NCBI GenBank assembly: GCA_903813345.2
Contig: CAIIXF020000001.1
Location: 46,128,001 to 46,192,000 of the forward strand
Source: Owenia fusiformis
Lineage: Eukaryota
DNA length: 64,000 nucleotides
Reading direction: 5' to 3'
Of this stretch, positions 13,053-25,996 are shown piece by piece. How positions within the stretch are numbered: the stretch's first letter is position 1; the number at the start of each line of letters is the position of its first letter. Position numbers and translations under genes: made by a program. The notes below the pieces were generated by a model. The model made no database searches, was not told the DNA's origin, and was given only the letters and a program-made list of their open reading frames with translations.

Positions 13053-14239
13053 GTAAGTAAAGTAAAAATGGCTATTTAAATGTGAACATGAAATGGTCTT
13101 AGAAAACATATTGCTGTCATTTCAAGAACCTGGGTCTCTTTAATGATTCCTAACACATCAAATGTTGCTTTATAATTAAGGAATAAAGACCGAGATTTTA
13201 TGATTTATGGCGTAATATATGACCGAAAATTTTATTCTGTTCATTGTTAAAAGACCAAAATTGCGTAATAATTTTTTTTTTAGAAATAGGTCTACATTGA
13301 GCTTTATATTTAAAGTGAAAGTTTATTTAAAGACGGGGATTCTTGAGTTACACACTAAACCATGAGAAAAATGTTCCATATTTCTGTAAAAATAAGATAA
13401 ACTACAACTGTTTTATATAATTAATTTCTGATAAAGTAATGGAGTTAAGCCAGTTGTTGTAATTGCTAGTGTTGGAAACTGACCACAGGTTCATGTAAAA
13501 TATAAATTGAATTTATATATTATGTCTAATTATACAAATATTATTGTATTACTGTTAGTTAAGCTGTCACCTGATATGTTTTAAACAGTGCCAAAATCAA
13601 TAAATCATGGTGGTATGAAATTGATTTAAAATAACACCCTAATGATAATTCTGAAATAAATATCCAAGTGTGGGGGCCTGCAACCTAATGCATAATATTG
13701 TCACTGTGGGATATGAGCTTAATCCATTGTCAATATATGACCTTATAAGGTCATCTATGAATAAAGTAATCAAATCATATTATTTCTCAAGATGAAATTG
13801 ATCCACTTTGATGTTTATAGTTCTTGTGTCTTAATTTCTATGCTGAATTATAGTAAAGAAAACGGGGTTGTGGAGTTATGTAATTTTTGGCTTGAACTGG
13901 AATATATCCCTGTGTCCTCGCTGGGGGTTCACAGCTCTTTCCACTTATTCGATCCTTTCTGTCAACATACTGCAGATAGACCAAGGAAAATCTTGTATAA
14001 AATTTCATGTTAATTACACTTTTTATCATGAATTACTTAATAAAGGAGAGAAATTTGAGAGAAAATAATGTCATTTATGTAGAGATTGCACTATACATTG
14101 TTTCAAAATGACTAAAAAGATAATAATAAAGTTATTCTAAAGAGATATATGTGGTTAAATTTGTTTTGATATTAAAATGTCATGAAAAGGTAATATAGAA
14201 AAGCATGCTATATTTTTGATGTAAGTTTGGCCAGCAAAT

Positions 14240-14294
14240 ATGTTGAAACATATAAGAGAGTTGATCGAAGGGATAACACGAACATTGCAGACAG
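14240..14294 (+). CDS. Candidate alternative first coding exon B (MLKHIRELIEGITRTLQT)
   Basis: Open from ATG to CAG|GTAAAA donor, phase 1 like exon A. Confidence 0.35.
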
Positions 14295-15732
14295 GTAAAA
14301 TAAATAATATTTTAGCTTGGGTTGATGCATTGCATTTGATTAAAAGTGAAAGATTATGAATTCTCTTAACATGTTCATATTGTGTCTTTCAACAACATGT
14401 CTTATTAGGTGCTCAAATGTGCTTTATTATTATAACATTAGAAACATGGTCATTTGATATAAGAAATGGTATAACATGTGTGTTGCTAATGCACTGTGCT
14501 CGCTTGAAATGTGCCGTCTTCACTTGAAATTGTCAATGCAGCCTAACATTGCATCTTTCTCCTTTATGGGTCAATATTTATTTGATACTTATCTTAATCA
14601 ACATTTTATATCGTACTTTTTAGAAATATATATTTCCAATTCAGTGCTTTTGATGGCTAAGCCTGTGTGCAGATCTATCGAAAATATCAACCACATATTA
14701 GTATCATCAACATATGATACTGTAAACTGGCTTTTGATATTGTGTTAAGACTTTCTCAAAATTCCAATTTTTGCTTTTTAGCTTCATAATCCGATCAGTT
14801 AGGTAATGTCAGTACATACATACAAAATATTACTCTCATGATAATATCTCTTTCACGTTTTTCAAAAATATGAAATAAAAAACTTTAAAAGCATCAAAAT
14901 TGGTCAAACTTAGTAAATCAATTGTTTCATACTGTGATTGATATGTTTTCCAATTTTGTACATGTTTGAATGATCATGACACGGATTCAATGATATACTT
15001 AACATGCCAAAATGACATTTAATACATATAGTTTATAGAAAGATTACAAGTAAATACAATAGGAGCATTACAGAGAAGAAATCCAGGTTTATCTTATTAA
15101 AATAACTTGAGCAATCAAGTGTATGTTATTTATTAATGCCAAGTTTTATATTTTATCACCTTAACTGATTTGAACTGCTTATCATGAACATGTAAATATA
15201 TTTGTTGTAAAATAGATATTCCAAATGTTCATACTAACCTCTCAAATTTATCTGACATGTTACTTTTATAACTCAAGATGTCAAGTCGTTTTTAACAATT
15301 TTTTAAACTGAACTTTGAGAGATAAGCTAATTAGTCTTTGACAACATAAAAATCTAAGTCAGACTTTGAATTTTACATTCTTTTGCATTTACATGTATGA
15401 AGGTCCTATAGTTTTTCCTAAAATTTTTCCATGTATTTCATATGCTGAAGTAACTATAACTGCACAGTGCTCAATAAAGTAAGAACATGTCACATTTTAA
15501 ACCTCTTTATCTGTGTGTGAACCATGAATATACAAAAACATTCTAAAATTTAACATTGGAGCATATTGTTATCTAACTTACAGTATGCAGTCGGTGTCTT
15601 TAAAAAGCAATGTTAGAAACCGTTTACATTATCCAGGTGTTTATATCTTGATGGTGTTTGCACAGTTCAATTATAAGTACATTTACATTGGAATTTTAAA
15701 CTGTTTTGTATAATATGATTCATGTATTTCAG

Positions 15733-15808
15733 TTGGTATTATGGATAGAAATGAAGGGAGAAAAAGAGCCGGGACTACTTCAGATGTCGTTGACGTTGCC
15801 CCACAAAG
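15733..15808 (+). CDS. Uncharacterised TTC28-C-like protein, exon 2
   Basis: TTTCAG acceptor, AAG|GTAAAT donor; VGIMDRNEGRKRAGTTSDVVDVAPQ; phase 1 to 2. Confidence 0.7.
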
Positions 15809-16589
15809 GTAAATTGCTTAGTTTTGTAATCTAATCCACAAATCATTGCAATACAATACAAGTCACTCAGAATTTATTTCAAAATTTTTTAAAATGTCTT
15901 TAAATTATATGTGTTTTGCACACGTTTTAGTTCTTCATGAGGAGGGAATATTAAGGTATCTTTAAAAAAGGATAATATTCATATCCACTGAGGTAACAGA
16001 GTCACTAAATTAAGATACCGGTATCAGTAATTTCCAAATTAATATTTTACCTATGTTTTAGTGTTCTCTTTCCCCTTTTAAAATTATATCCTGATCTGGT
16101 AATGTATTTTTAAGCTTCCTAAGTGACCAATGTGTTTCCAGAATTTTGAATTTACCCTGGACGTTTTAGATATTTAGTTAACATACATTGTATTTGAAAT
16201 ATCACATGACGGTTTGAACAGTGAGTTACTCGCACATGACTAGTGGTTGATCTTACGTTTTTCACCCTGGATTAACCAATAATTCAAACAAAGTACTGTA
16301 TTTAATTTTAACTAAAATTCTATTCATAGAATACATTTATGAAAATGACCTTGAATTATTTTTAAAAGTGGTTGTATTCAAATGCTGTGACACTTTCGTG
16401 CTCAATTTTTGCAAAATATTTATTTAGTTTGAAACAAGAACCGTTGTCAATATTTTACATTGATCATATTATACATGTTCTTTTAACATTGTACTTTGTG
16501 ATATCCTCAATAATTGTTTAGCATTTTTGTCCGCTATTGCCTTTTCTCATACTCTGCTTGACCAGTCATTGCACTGACATTTTTCGTAG

Positions 16590-16629
16590 CTTATTTAATT
16601 GGATGGAAAATTGAATGCAAAACACTAAG
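16590..16629 (+). CDS. Candidate mutually exclusive alternative to exon 2 (AYLIGWKIECKTL)
   Basis: CTGAC branch site, TTTTTCGTAG acceptor, AAG|GTAAGA donor; open in phase 1 to 2. Confidence 0.35.
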
Positions 16630-17204
16630 GTAAGATAATGCATTTTAATCTGATTAGGTTTAGTTTATATAGCATACGTTTATGAGGTAGGTAAGCTGTG
16701 GGAGGGAAAATCTTTATTTAATATTTGGTTTAATGATTTGAAAGTTCAAGTGTACATGCATTATGATTTTTGAGAGTTTGGTTTGTCAAAATATTGACTT
16801 TCCATTATTGAAATAATGATTAAGCTATTAAGTTTATCAAACAGATTTGAAGATTCAAGAAGGCTAACTATGCATGTCAAAAACATTTGTTTATTGAGAC
16901 ATGTGAATATGTATTAAAGATTTTGATATGGAACATTTTGGAAGAGAAATCAAACCATTTCTAAAGAAAAGAGCAATTGCAGTGATGTAATAATCAGTCA
17001 AACATGTATAAAATGAATGCAGGAACTGGCTAATGTTTTGACATTGAGAGGTGTTCTTATTTAATGGTGCTTACAACATGGGAGTCTATAGGATGTACTC
17101 ATTTGAATGGAAAATAGAAAATGCACACACTAAAAGATGTTCTCCAGAAGTGGTTTATACATACGGTATGTTTATTGAACCATACTTTCCTTGTTATTTT
17201 TCAG

Positions 17205-17797
17205 TCGTAGAAGGCATGGCAATGTAACACCAGAGGAAGATCTCTATCTGTATGAGCATATGCAGACAAAAAAATCACGACGGGAACAGAAACAGTTAGA
17301 AAAGGAATCAGACATTCAACCTTTACTCTCTCAGACCTCAGATGAACTTATTAACGAAGAAGGTGATAATGATAGTCATGAAAAACAAGACAATAATTCC
17401 AATAAACTTAAGAGCATGTATGACTATAATGACTTAACGGACAATCTGAGTGCTTCTCCAGACATTCCTATATCTCATCAAAATAAGAATTCTCAAAGAC
17501 CAAAAGTTCTGAAGTTAAAGGATTCATCTTCTTTCATAGAGAATAACACCAAAGGACGCAGAAAAACAAACAATTCAGCATATACCAAAAGTATATACAC
17601 ACAATCATATAATTCGGATAATGAGACTGAACTGAGTTTGGGAGTAGGAAATACAGACTTTGGGGATTCATCACGACCTGAAACTCCATCTTGCAGTGAT
17701 GTAGATGGATCTAGTTCTGGATTACGGAATATGACAGAATTTGGATCGAATATTGTTCAACATGTTTACATTCCACAGAGTCAGGGCCAGTTTCATG
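17205..17797 (+). CDS. Uncharacterised TTC28-C-like protein, exon 3 (S/N/D/K-rich, probably disordered)
   Basis: 593 nt open frame, TTTTTCAG acceptor, ATG|GTAAAT donor, phase 2 to 1. Confidence 0.85.
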
Positions 17798-17891
17798 GTA
17801 AATATTTCGTTTAATTCTAATTTTTATATGACATCATATGAGTGTTATTCTTGTATTTAACCATATTTAGGCATCAAGCTGAATTACAGTA

Positions 17892-18128
17892 CAGTTGGGG
17901 ACAAAAATAAATGACAGGTCGATTTTCGATCACCATTTCCTAATTATGGTGGTCTGAAAGCCCATAATTTCCAATATTGTCTAGATACATATCCCTTAAA
18001 ATTTGTATATTTTACATTTTGTATAATCTCATCCACTGATTTATGGCCTCTTGTAAATTCTCTTATTTTTAACATGGGAAATCCTCACTTCAGCAAATCC
18101 ACCTGTCATTTATTTATGTCCCCAACTG
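17892..18128. mobile_element. Tc1-type MITE, 237 bp
   Basis: TA|CAGTTGGGGACAAAAATAAATGACAGGT ... ACCTGTCATTTATTTATGTCCCCAACTG|TA. Confidence 0.9.
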
Positions 18129-18133
18129 TATGT

Positions 18134-18230
18134 TTGCATTTCTCTCTATTATTGCATTCTATTATATTAAGCATTGCATTCAAAATTAGGCATTGCATTC
18201 TATATTAGGCAATGCATTCTATATTGGGCA
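18134..18230. repeat. Minisatellite, about 19 bp unit (GCATTGCATTCTATATTAG), about 5 copies
   Basis: Direct inspection. Confidence 0.7.
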
Positions 18231-19485
18231 GTGAAACCTCGCAAAACATAACCTTGGTTTTGAAAAAACTGAGAGTGACACTTGACTTATTCATGACCAT
18301 TTAGAAAAAATTTGAGAGACAACTTGCTATTATCACAGCATATGTCCGATGTAAATGCTATTATTACCAATGAGATCTATAATTTATATGCATTAATATT
18401 AAATTATGAGTTATTCATTACTAAACCCTGAAATGGAAATACATAATTCCATTTGACAGCGAGCATCAGGTATAGGCAATTTTTCAGAACGCTGCTTTAA
18501 TTTGGCAACTTGAATGAAACTTTTATTAAGAAACTCATAAAAAGTAAATCTTTCAAAATGAGATTGCTCAGAATATGAAATAATATCACGTGTAAGTACA
18601 ATAGATTCCCTATGTAATATTCCTTGGAGTTATATCATCTCTAGTTGTTCTTGACTGGGGTTAGCAAAGGTCACAGGAAATCTGTGATTAGTATTGTTTA
18701 ATTATTTCGAGAATTGTGTATAATAAGGTGTCAATTACCTAAGGTGTCTCACCTCAGTTTGAACCCATCTTTCACTCATATTTCAATGTGTAGTTAGTTA
18801 TTCATAGGCAAGGTTAAATACATTTGATATCCTCCATATCTTCTTTCTTCAAAGTGTTTTGTCCACATGGCAATATTGGAAAATACACTCTACTATACCT
18901 TGTATTTGGTGTTCATGAGCAACCCATTTTGGGCTTATTAGTAATGATTACTATGTAGTTGTTTTTATTTGTCTGTTTCTTATTAATGGTTTATTGGTTG
19001 AATGTTAGATGAGCCTATGGGATTGACAAGGTGTCAGTCCATTGATCCATCTGTTCATTTAAATGCATTTCCAAACCTCTGTTGTATATGGCAATTAAGA
19101 AAGCACACGAGGCAACATGAATATTTCACAAACCAATTTAAAGATACTGTATACATGTATATAGTAATTTGGTAGATTAATAGCATACATGTTGAGTGAG
19201 TAAAATCAGTGAACTGTGAAAACAAAGTAGATACAGTATGCACTGTGTATGAGTTATTTAATTTCCCCCATGTGTCACCCTTGACAAGAGTAATCCCTTT
19301 TTGACCATGAAGTCTAGCCATGACTAAGCTATTTTCCATAGATCTCCTGACTTTAAGACTTTAGTAGATTTAATACATTCTTTATGATGTTCTGTCCCAG
19401 GTTTGGTGATTCTTGTTATATACCCTGGAAATTTCTGTTCAGGTGGTTGCAAGTTGAATGGTGTAAAAAAAGTTTGAGTTAACTT

Positions 19486-19516
19486 GTTGGTTGGTTGGTT
19501 GGTTGGTTGGTTGGTT
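19486..19516. repeat. (TTGG)n microsatellite
   Basis: Direct inspection. Confidence 0.9.
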
Positions 19517-19777
19517 AACTTGGTGGTTTAGCAAATTAGCATGTATGTGGATCACTTATTTTAGTCAAGTGTAGGCAAGAAATGGGATGTAAAAGTAGGT
19601 ACCACAATACTGTGATTTTTCATTGAGTCCAATGTTTCAGTTCTCAAAGGGATGATTTAATGTGCGAAAGAAATCAGGCTACCACATGGAAAGAGATCAT
19701 ATTGGCTTGGACTCAAATTATTTTAACACTGGGATATATATTTTTCAATTGTAAATACTTTTTTTGGTGTTTTCTAG

Positions 19778-19911
19778 AAGGTCGGGTGGTGATAGAACGT
19801 ATGTTGGAGCAGATTGATGCAGAGAAATGGCGTCGACCTCTTAGGAACCTCCTAAGTGTGTACTACATGGAACAACCCATCAGACAGGCCATTGGCTTTC
19901 TTACACATATG
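19778..19911 (+). CDS. Uncharacterised TTC28-C-like protein, exon 4
   Basis: TTTTCTAG(AAG) NAGNAG acceptor, GTAAGT donor; EGRVVIERMLEQIDAEKWRRPLRNLL..AIGFLTHM; phase 1 to 0. Confidence 0.85.
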
Positions 19912-20204
19912 GTAAGTTGCTCAAATGTGTTATTTTAATTTGTATATCTTGATATTTTTAGAGGCTGGATCAAATGTCAATCTGGCATTTTCTACCAAAT
20001 AATTGTAGATGGGGGTTAAAAGCCAGGTTTAGTTGGAAGTTAGTCAGAAAACTCTGTAGGGTGTTTGATAATAAGATTTATAAGATAAAGGCATCCCAAA
20101 ATATCCACTTCAATTTCTTTTGCCTTTTCCTAATACTGAAATGATATATGTTTATGTCAAAGGCTTTACTCCCCTTTGCCGAAAATACATAAATTTAGAA
20201 ATAT

Positions 20205-20361
20205 AGACCGAAGAGCATGGGTAATATTGTTGAATACACCCCGCAGGGCTAGGCACAAACATTTTTGTATTACGAACGGCCGAAGGGAGTGTGGGGTTCG
20301 AAAGCTTTTGTGCCTAGCCCTAAGGGGTGTATTTGATGATATTTCACCTGCTCTGAGGTCT
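20205..20361. repeat. Intronic hairpin with about 55 bp arms, probably the core of a dispersed palindromic element
   Basis: AATACACCCCGCAGGGCTAGGCACAAA pairs with TTTGTGCCTAGCCCTAAGGGGTGTATT; its flank (20361-20410) recurs inverted at about 6660-6712. Confidence 0.65.
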
Positions 20362-20493
20362 TTGTTTACAGTTTATAGAAGGCGTGAATTCAGTCATGTT
20401 CGATTAACATTAAAGCCCGAGCATAACATATAAAAGTGTTTCAGAAAATGTGATGATTAACGCAAGTAAGCAAATAAACAATTGTGTTTTCAG

Positions 20494-20737
20494 TTTGACC
20501 AAGCTGTCAGAATAGCCCATGCTGAAAGATCAATAGACCAACTTGTTGATCTTGATGTGTCGAGGGTGCCACCTATCTTCAACCTAGATCACTGGCATAG
20601 TTTGGTCCTAGCCCTAGGGTTTAACATTGAGGAGCCAGATACTTGTAAAAATATACGCGATGCTACAGTGTTTGTACCAGTTAGTATGAAGCCATGTGTA
20701 CCTGAAGGCTTTCTACTTCTTTTGCAGTCATTAGCAG
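20494..20737 (+). CDS. Uncharacterised TTC28-C-like protein, exon 5
   Basis: TTTTCAG acceptor, CAG|GTTGGT donor; LDHWHSLVLALGFNIEEP..ATVFVP..LLQSLA; phase 0 to 1. Confidence 0.85.
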
Positions 20738-20965
20738 GTTGGTGGAATAATAATGAAATATAATTAAATGTTCACAAACACTGAGTTTTATTTGTTAAAA
20801 ATACATCAACAACAACAAAATTGAAACATAAATACCAAAAATATAAGAAAGTTTTAAGTATGAGTTTCAGATAACGTAATGCAGTATTGGTGTGTAACAT
20901 GGTTTGAATAGAATTCATCATAAAGTTAATGAATTACTATATATGAAATATGATATATGTTCCAG

Positions 20966-21036
20966 ATCTAGGATTCTATGACATTAGGACGTTATTGTCC
21001 TTAGACAAACAGCATGCCCAACTTCTACTGCATACA
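20966..21036 (+). CDS. Uncharacterised TTC28-C-like protein, exon 6
   Basis: TTCCAG acceptor, GTAAGT donor; DLGFYDIRTLLSLDKQHAQLLLHT; phase 1 to 0. Confidence 0.85.
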
Positions 21037-21402
21037 GTAAGTAATTCTCATTGTTATTATATCATATGTAATTTCTCCATAATAATTCTTAAAAACTTAA
21101 ATCACATATTATAACAAAGTTCAGTTGTGGGATATTAAAAGTCTCCTTGTAAAGAGACAGGCAGTATAATGGGTTGAAACATACAGGGTCCTGATGCAAG
21201 ACTTCCAATTTTCATGACACCAAAGATTTCTTTAGAAATTGCTATTTTATTTTTCTCTGAAAATATTAGCATCAACATAAATTCTATTGGAATTAAAAGA
21301 TATTTTAAAACACTGAGTTCCTCCAGTGGCTCAATCATTGCTGTAATTGCTGAACTAGTATTGTGTTTATGTTCAATGTTTTTACTCAATTTTTCTTTTC
21401 AG

Positions 21403-21633
21403 ATAAGCGAAGTCAGTTCTTCATCCTCGGATATCTCACCATGGATAGGTCCCCTATGGGAGATGCATCAGGGCTTTCTAGAGAAGCTTGGTTTCACTCG
21501 TGTACAACAGGGTAGCAGGAAACATTTCACCTTTAATAATAATGCACCTACTGCAAAGTTGGTCAGGGTCTATAATGTACTCTGTGGAATGTACGGACAT
21601 GTCAGTGAAATACTCACAGAAACATTTGTTTGA
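21403..21633 (+). CDS. Uncharacterised TTC28-C-like protein, last coding exon
   Basis: Strong polypyrimidine acceptor; PLWEMHQGFLEKLGFTRV..ILTETFV-stop. Confidence 0.85.
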   Translation: MSEVSSSSSDISPWIGPLWEMHQGFLEKLGFTRVQQGSRKHFTFNNNAPTAKLVRVYNVLCGMYGHVSEILTETFV

Positions 21634-22350
21634 GTCAGAGACGATGGAACTTTGTAATAGGAATATGAAATCAGCTAAATATATAACAGGGTAGCGAAAA
21701 ATATAGAACCAACAACAGGCAAATACTTCAAAGTCAGCTGGTCTCTATAATGTTCTCTGTGGATATTATGATCACCTACTTACAGAAACATTTTATGATT
21801 AAAAAGGGATGCCAAATCTTAATCCAAATATATAAAAGAAAGTAGACACAAATGAATTGTTTGATATGGCACAACAACCATTTACTGAATCCTAAGTTTG
21901 AAGATAAGTGAAGATAAATTTGACCACATAAAGATGCAGAGTGTGTATATTTTATGCAGTATCTCTAAAAGCCCTACATTCATATTTGCATTCTAGGATT
22001 ATAAGGATATGTTTCATTACCTCTAGGACTAACAGATCTAAATAAACTCTGCTCCAATTTATTTGATCTCATTATGGAGGAATGTATTTTTTAATAGTTT
22101 GTTTTTAAAATCACTTTTGGGCTTTTATGTACAAAATCTGGATGGTTTAGATTTTTGTTAAGTGTGTACTTTTTGTTATTGTTAACTGTTTAGTGTATAG
22201 GACACATACTGTATATTCTTTCAATATGACTACAATATTCAAGTGACTATATTTTGAAATTAGTCAAAGTGAATGAATGTACCATGTGGCGGATGGGTAC
22301 TTGATGTGAAATAATGGATCAGACCAAAATATTTAAAAATGTGGAGTATA

Positions 22351-22678
22351 TACAGTGTGTTCAAGTAGTCATTAGACATTTTCAATGGAGTAAAGGTTGT
22401 TCAAGAAGTCATTAGACATTTTCAATGGAGTAAAGGTTGTTCAAGAAGTCATTAAACATTTTAAATGGATCACAGGTTGTTCAAGAAGTCATTAGACAGT
22501 GTTAGACATTTTAAATGGATCACAGGGTGTTCAAGAAGTCATTAGACCTTCTCAATGGAGTACAGGGTGTTCAAGAAGTCATTAGACATTTTCACTTTTA
22601 ATGGATCACAGGGTGTTCAAGAGGTCATTAGATCTTCTCAATGGAGTACAGGGTGTTCAAAAAGTCATTAGACATTTT
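22351..22678. repeat. Minisatellite, about 40 bp unit, about 8 copies
   Basis: Unit TACAGGGTGTTCAAGAAGTCATTAGACATTTTCAATGGAG. Confidence 0.9.
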
Positions 22679-25085
22679 CCAAGAAGATACTCAATAACCT
22701 TTAGATGAATGTTTCAGGAACTTGGTACATAATTTACAAATATAATGTTATCTCAATCCTATAGAATCATTGGGATTCATATATGAAGATACAGAGTAAA
22801 AACACCTCTACGCAGGGAACGCCTCTCTAAATAGAAGTATTGTTAATGAATCCTCTCTGTAATATAAAGAACACAGGTCCTAATGGGACAATTTAAGCAT
22901 GTACATTGAGCTTTCCATGTTCATAGGTTTTCCTTTAATTCACTTTGCTGACAACAAGTATTATTATGTAATCATAATCTAGTCCTTAAACTACAGTTCT
23001 TGTACTTTATATAATGAGTATATAATTTATGAATTAAGTTTGTATATGTTATTTGTATATTATAAATAATAAATTGTATGTTTTATTCATATTTTTATTT
23101 ATGCAGGGGTTCAAAACATGAAAACTAAGCTTTGACACAGAGCATAAAAATCAAACAAATGCAATATGCAACGTTATAAGATGTTATTTAGTGGAGTATT
23201 AAAAAGTAAAATAAGAATCAGCCAAGTATCGGATAATTTCAAATCAAAATTAAGCATTGTACCAATCTAGTCTATTATCAGTTATCATGATTATCAGAGT
23301 CTCAATACACTAAAGGTATTGAGGAGGTTATCTTATTCTTCAAATCTACTGAACAAGAGAGTAATTTTCATACAAGTGTTGTGATACAGGTGAGACTATC
23401 TGTAATAGAATGATAGATGTACTTCAGCACAAGCAATGACATTCATAACTTACAATAGATAATGTGAGGACAATGGGTTTGATTGTAAACATTTGAATGG
23501 AAAAATTCCTTCAATAATAATACTGATGAATAACATTGATAATCTCAAAATTGAGGAATATTACTCAAATCAAAGGAATTGGAAATGAAGGGAAATGAAC
23601 CAGTTATCTGGCAATTATGGCTTTATATTGCTTGAGAAAATCAATGTCAAATCAATGTTGATTTCTTGTTAAACAACATTGAGAACTTTTTGCTTTGTAT
23701 TTGAGTCTTTGTTCTTATTGAAAATATTTAATATTTTTATTTTTGACTCCAATGTCTTACAAATGAATTAATTGTTAACACTTAAGTATATTGTTGTAAA
23801 CAATTAGTAGAATTGTTGAGGTTTTAGTTCAGTTAAACCCTTGTTCTAATGTAAAATCATTACATCTGATTTGGTGTGAAGTTGAATGAATAAAAGTGTG
23901 ACCTAAAAGAAGAATGAATTTTGTGATTTTTCACTATAATTTGCAAGATTATGCAACAAATCTGCAAGATTTTTTGTGTACAATAAGGTACTCACTCTAC
24001 TAATTATAATTAGATATAAAAGAAAAAATACATGTAGTCCATACATGAGATGGTCATGAAGGAACAGAGACAAGTAAAGGATTGGTATCGATATGGAGAA
24101 CTGAATTCAACAATGTTTTTCTCTTAAACCAATTATTGAAAACATTCTGTAAAAAAACACGGTCCTTTATGACAACAATTTAATGCAAAAATTATTTATA
24201 TATATTTTATATATCTGTTTTTGTTAACATTTTTTGTATTTTAGTGCAATTGTTTTTTGTTCCTTTTTACCATTTCTTGAGAATGAAATAAAATATCTTT
24301 CTGAAGCTTGTTTGAACAAAATAACATATACAACATTTTCTTAGTCATTTAGTCATTAGACTTCCCAATATTATAGTTGTACAAAGGAAATTTTGGTAGA
24401 TTTAATAAAAAGTATTCAAAAAGTTAAAACAAAAACCCCCGAAATAGATAAAAACTAAGATAAACCTTTAATTTCATCAACAAGATACTTTTTTTAAATC
24501 AACCAAACTTTCCTTTGTAAAATTACAATTTTGAGAGACATAAAAAAATGTTTCATTATATTCCGAACATATGATACCAAGAACAAAAGAATTGTCCGAT
24601 GTGTTTTCTAAAACAAAAAAGAGAAAAGTATATATATCTATTTTAAATTATATTGTTACCATTCAAAAGATTTTTTTATGACTGGTTTAAGAGAAACGTG
24701 TGTTCAAAAAGTTCGCCATATCGATACCCATCCTTTGAACAAAAATTGTCACAATTTCACAATATGTTTTGCAATTATCATGTCTATTTTCTGAGTTAAA
24801 CAGTTCTTAAATTTACTTCTCTATTTAATCAGATGTGTTTTTTTATCATAAAATAAAATCATTATTGTAAGAAAGAAAATTACAAATAAAGATGTAAGAA
24901 AAGTTGGGATGAAAAAAATTGTTTCCAACATTTTATTCTTTCAATCTTGTCTACAGCAAATATTTGCAGTTTAAAAGATGGCAGCACAATCAATAATAAT
25001 GAGTTTTGAAAACTGAGTATTGCATCAGCCCCTTTGATTGCAATCCAAGTCAATAAACCTACACTTACAATTGTATCCTTATAAC

Positions 25086-25157
25086 AGCAGAGTGGCGCAG
25101 TGGAAGCGTGCTGGGCCCATAACCCAGAGGTCCGAGGATCGAAACCTTGCTCTGCTA
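25086..25157 (+). tRNA. Initiator tRNA-Met (CAT), copy 1
   Basis: 72 nt cloverleaf; A1:U72 pair, three G:C pairs in the anticodon stem, GATCGAAA T-loop; T-run downstream. Confidence 0.97.
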
Positions 25158-25716
25158 ATAATTTTTTACTTTATTTTACAAAATTGTCTATTCAACATTT
25201 TTGAATAATTTTTGCAAAATCAATAATTTCATAAAACAAGAGTGTGTTGTTGTAACTTTGCAATTTCCAAAAGAAAAATGATTTAGAAATAAAGGAGAAA
25301 TCTTTTATTTTTTTAATTGTTTGAACCATCTTTATTTTGACATGAAAACTATAATGTGGTTCTCAGATTGTATGCTAAAGGTCAAATGGGTACCTTTTGT
25401 ATATTAGGCCTTATGTATGATAATAGCAAGTTGAAAAACTGTTGAGCTTAAGGTACTGGTGGAACAAAAACATATTTGAAAAAGTTGCTATACCTGCACA
25501 TGTTATTTTCTGGTACAAAATAAAGTATGAAGGCATGTGTGTTTTTTCTTGCTTTTCAGGAAAGTATTGCCTTGTTTTAGTATATCTGGTAAGAGGTCAC
25601 CAATGATTCAATTTAATTTACAGAGTAATCTCTTAATTCAGATTTGGTATTGTTTTAAATTGATCTCTACTCAGAAATGATCTGTTAATAAAAATAACCT
25701 AATCGGTGATGCATTG

Positions 25717-25996
25717 CAGGGGCGTAGCCAGCTTTCAGTCAGGGGGGTGCGATCGCCGAAAATTTTTCAGTTTTCGGTCAGGGGGGGTGTGATTTTGCCA
25801 TAAGCAACACAAAAAATTAAGATTTCTTTTGAATTTTACAAAAATTGATGCAACTTCCTTCAAAATTGAGCTAGAAGCTTCAAATAAAAAGCATTTTAAA
25901 GCTCTTTTCTACCTCTATCCAATGGTCATATTTTCAAAGGTTATGGGGGGGGGTGCGATCGCACCCATCGCACCCCCCCCCCTGGCTACGCCCATG
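25717..25996. mobile_element. Non-autonomous DNA transposon, 280 bp, 5 bp TSD (hAT5-like)
   Basis: CATTG|CAGGGGCGTAGCCAG ... CTGGCTACGCCCATG|CATTG; empty site present in the paralogous spacer at about 26692-26705. Confidence 0.92.
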
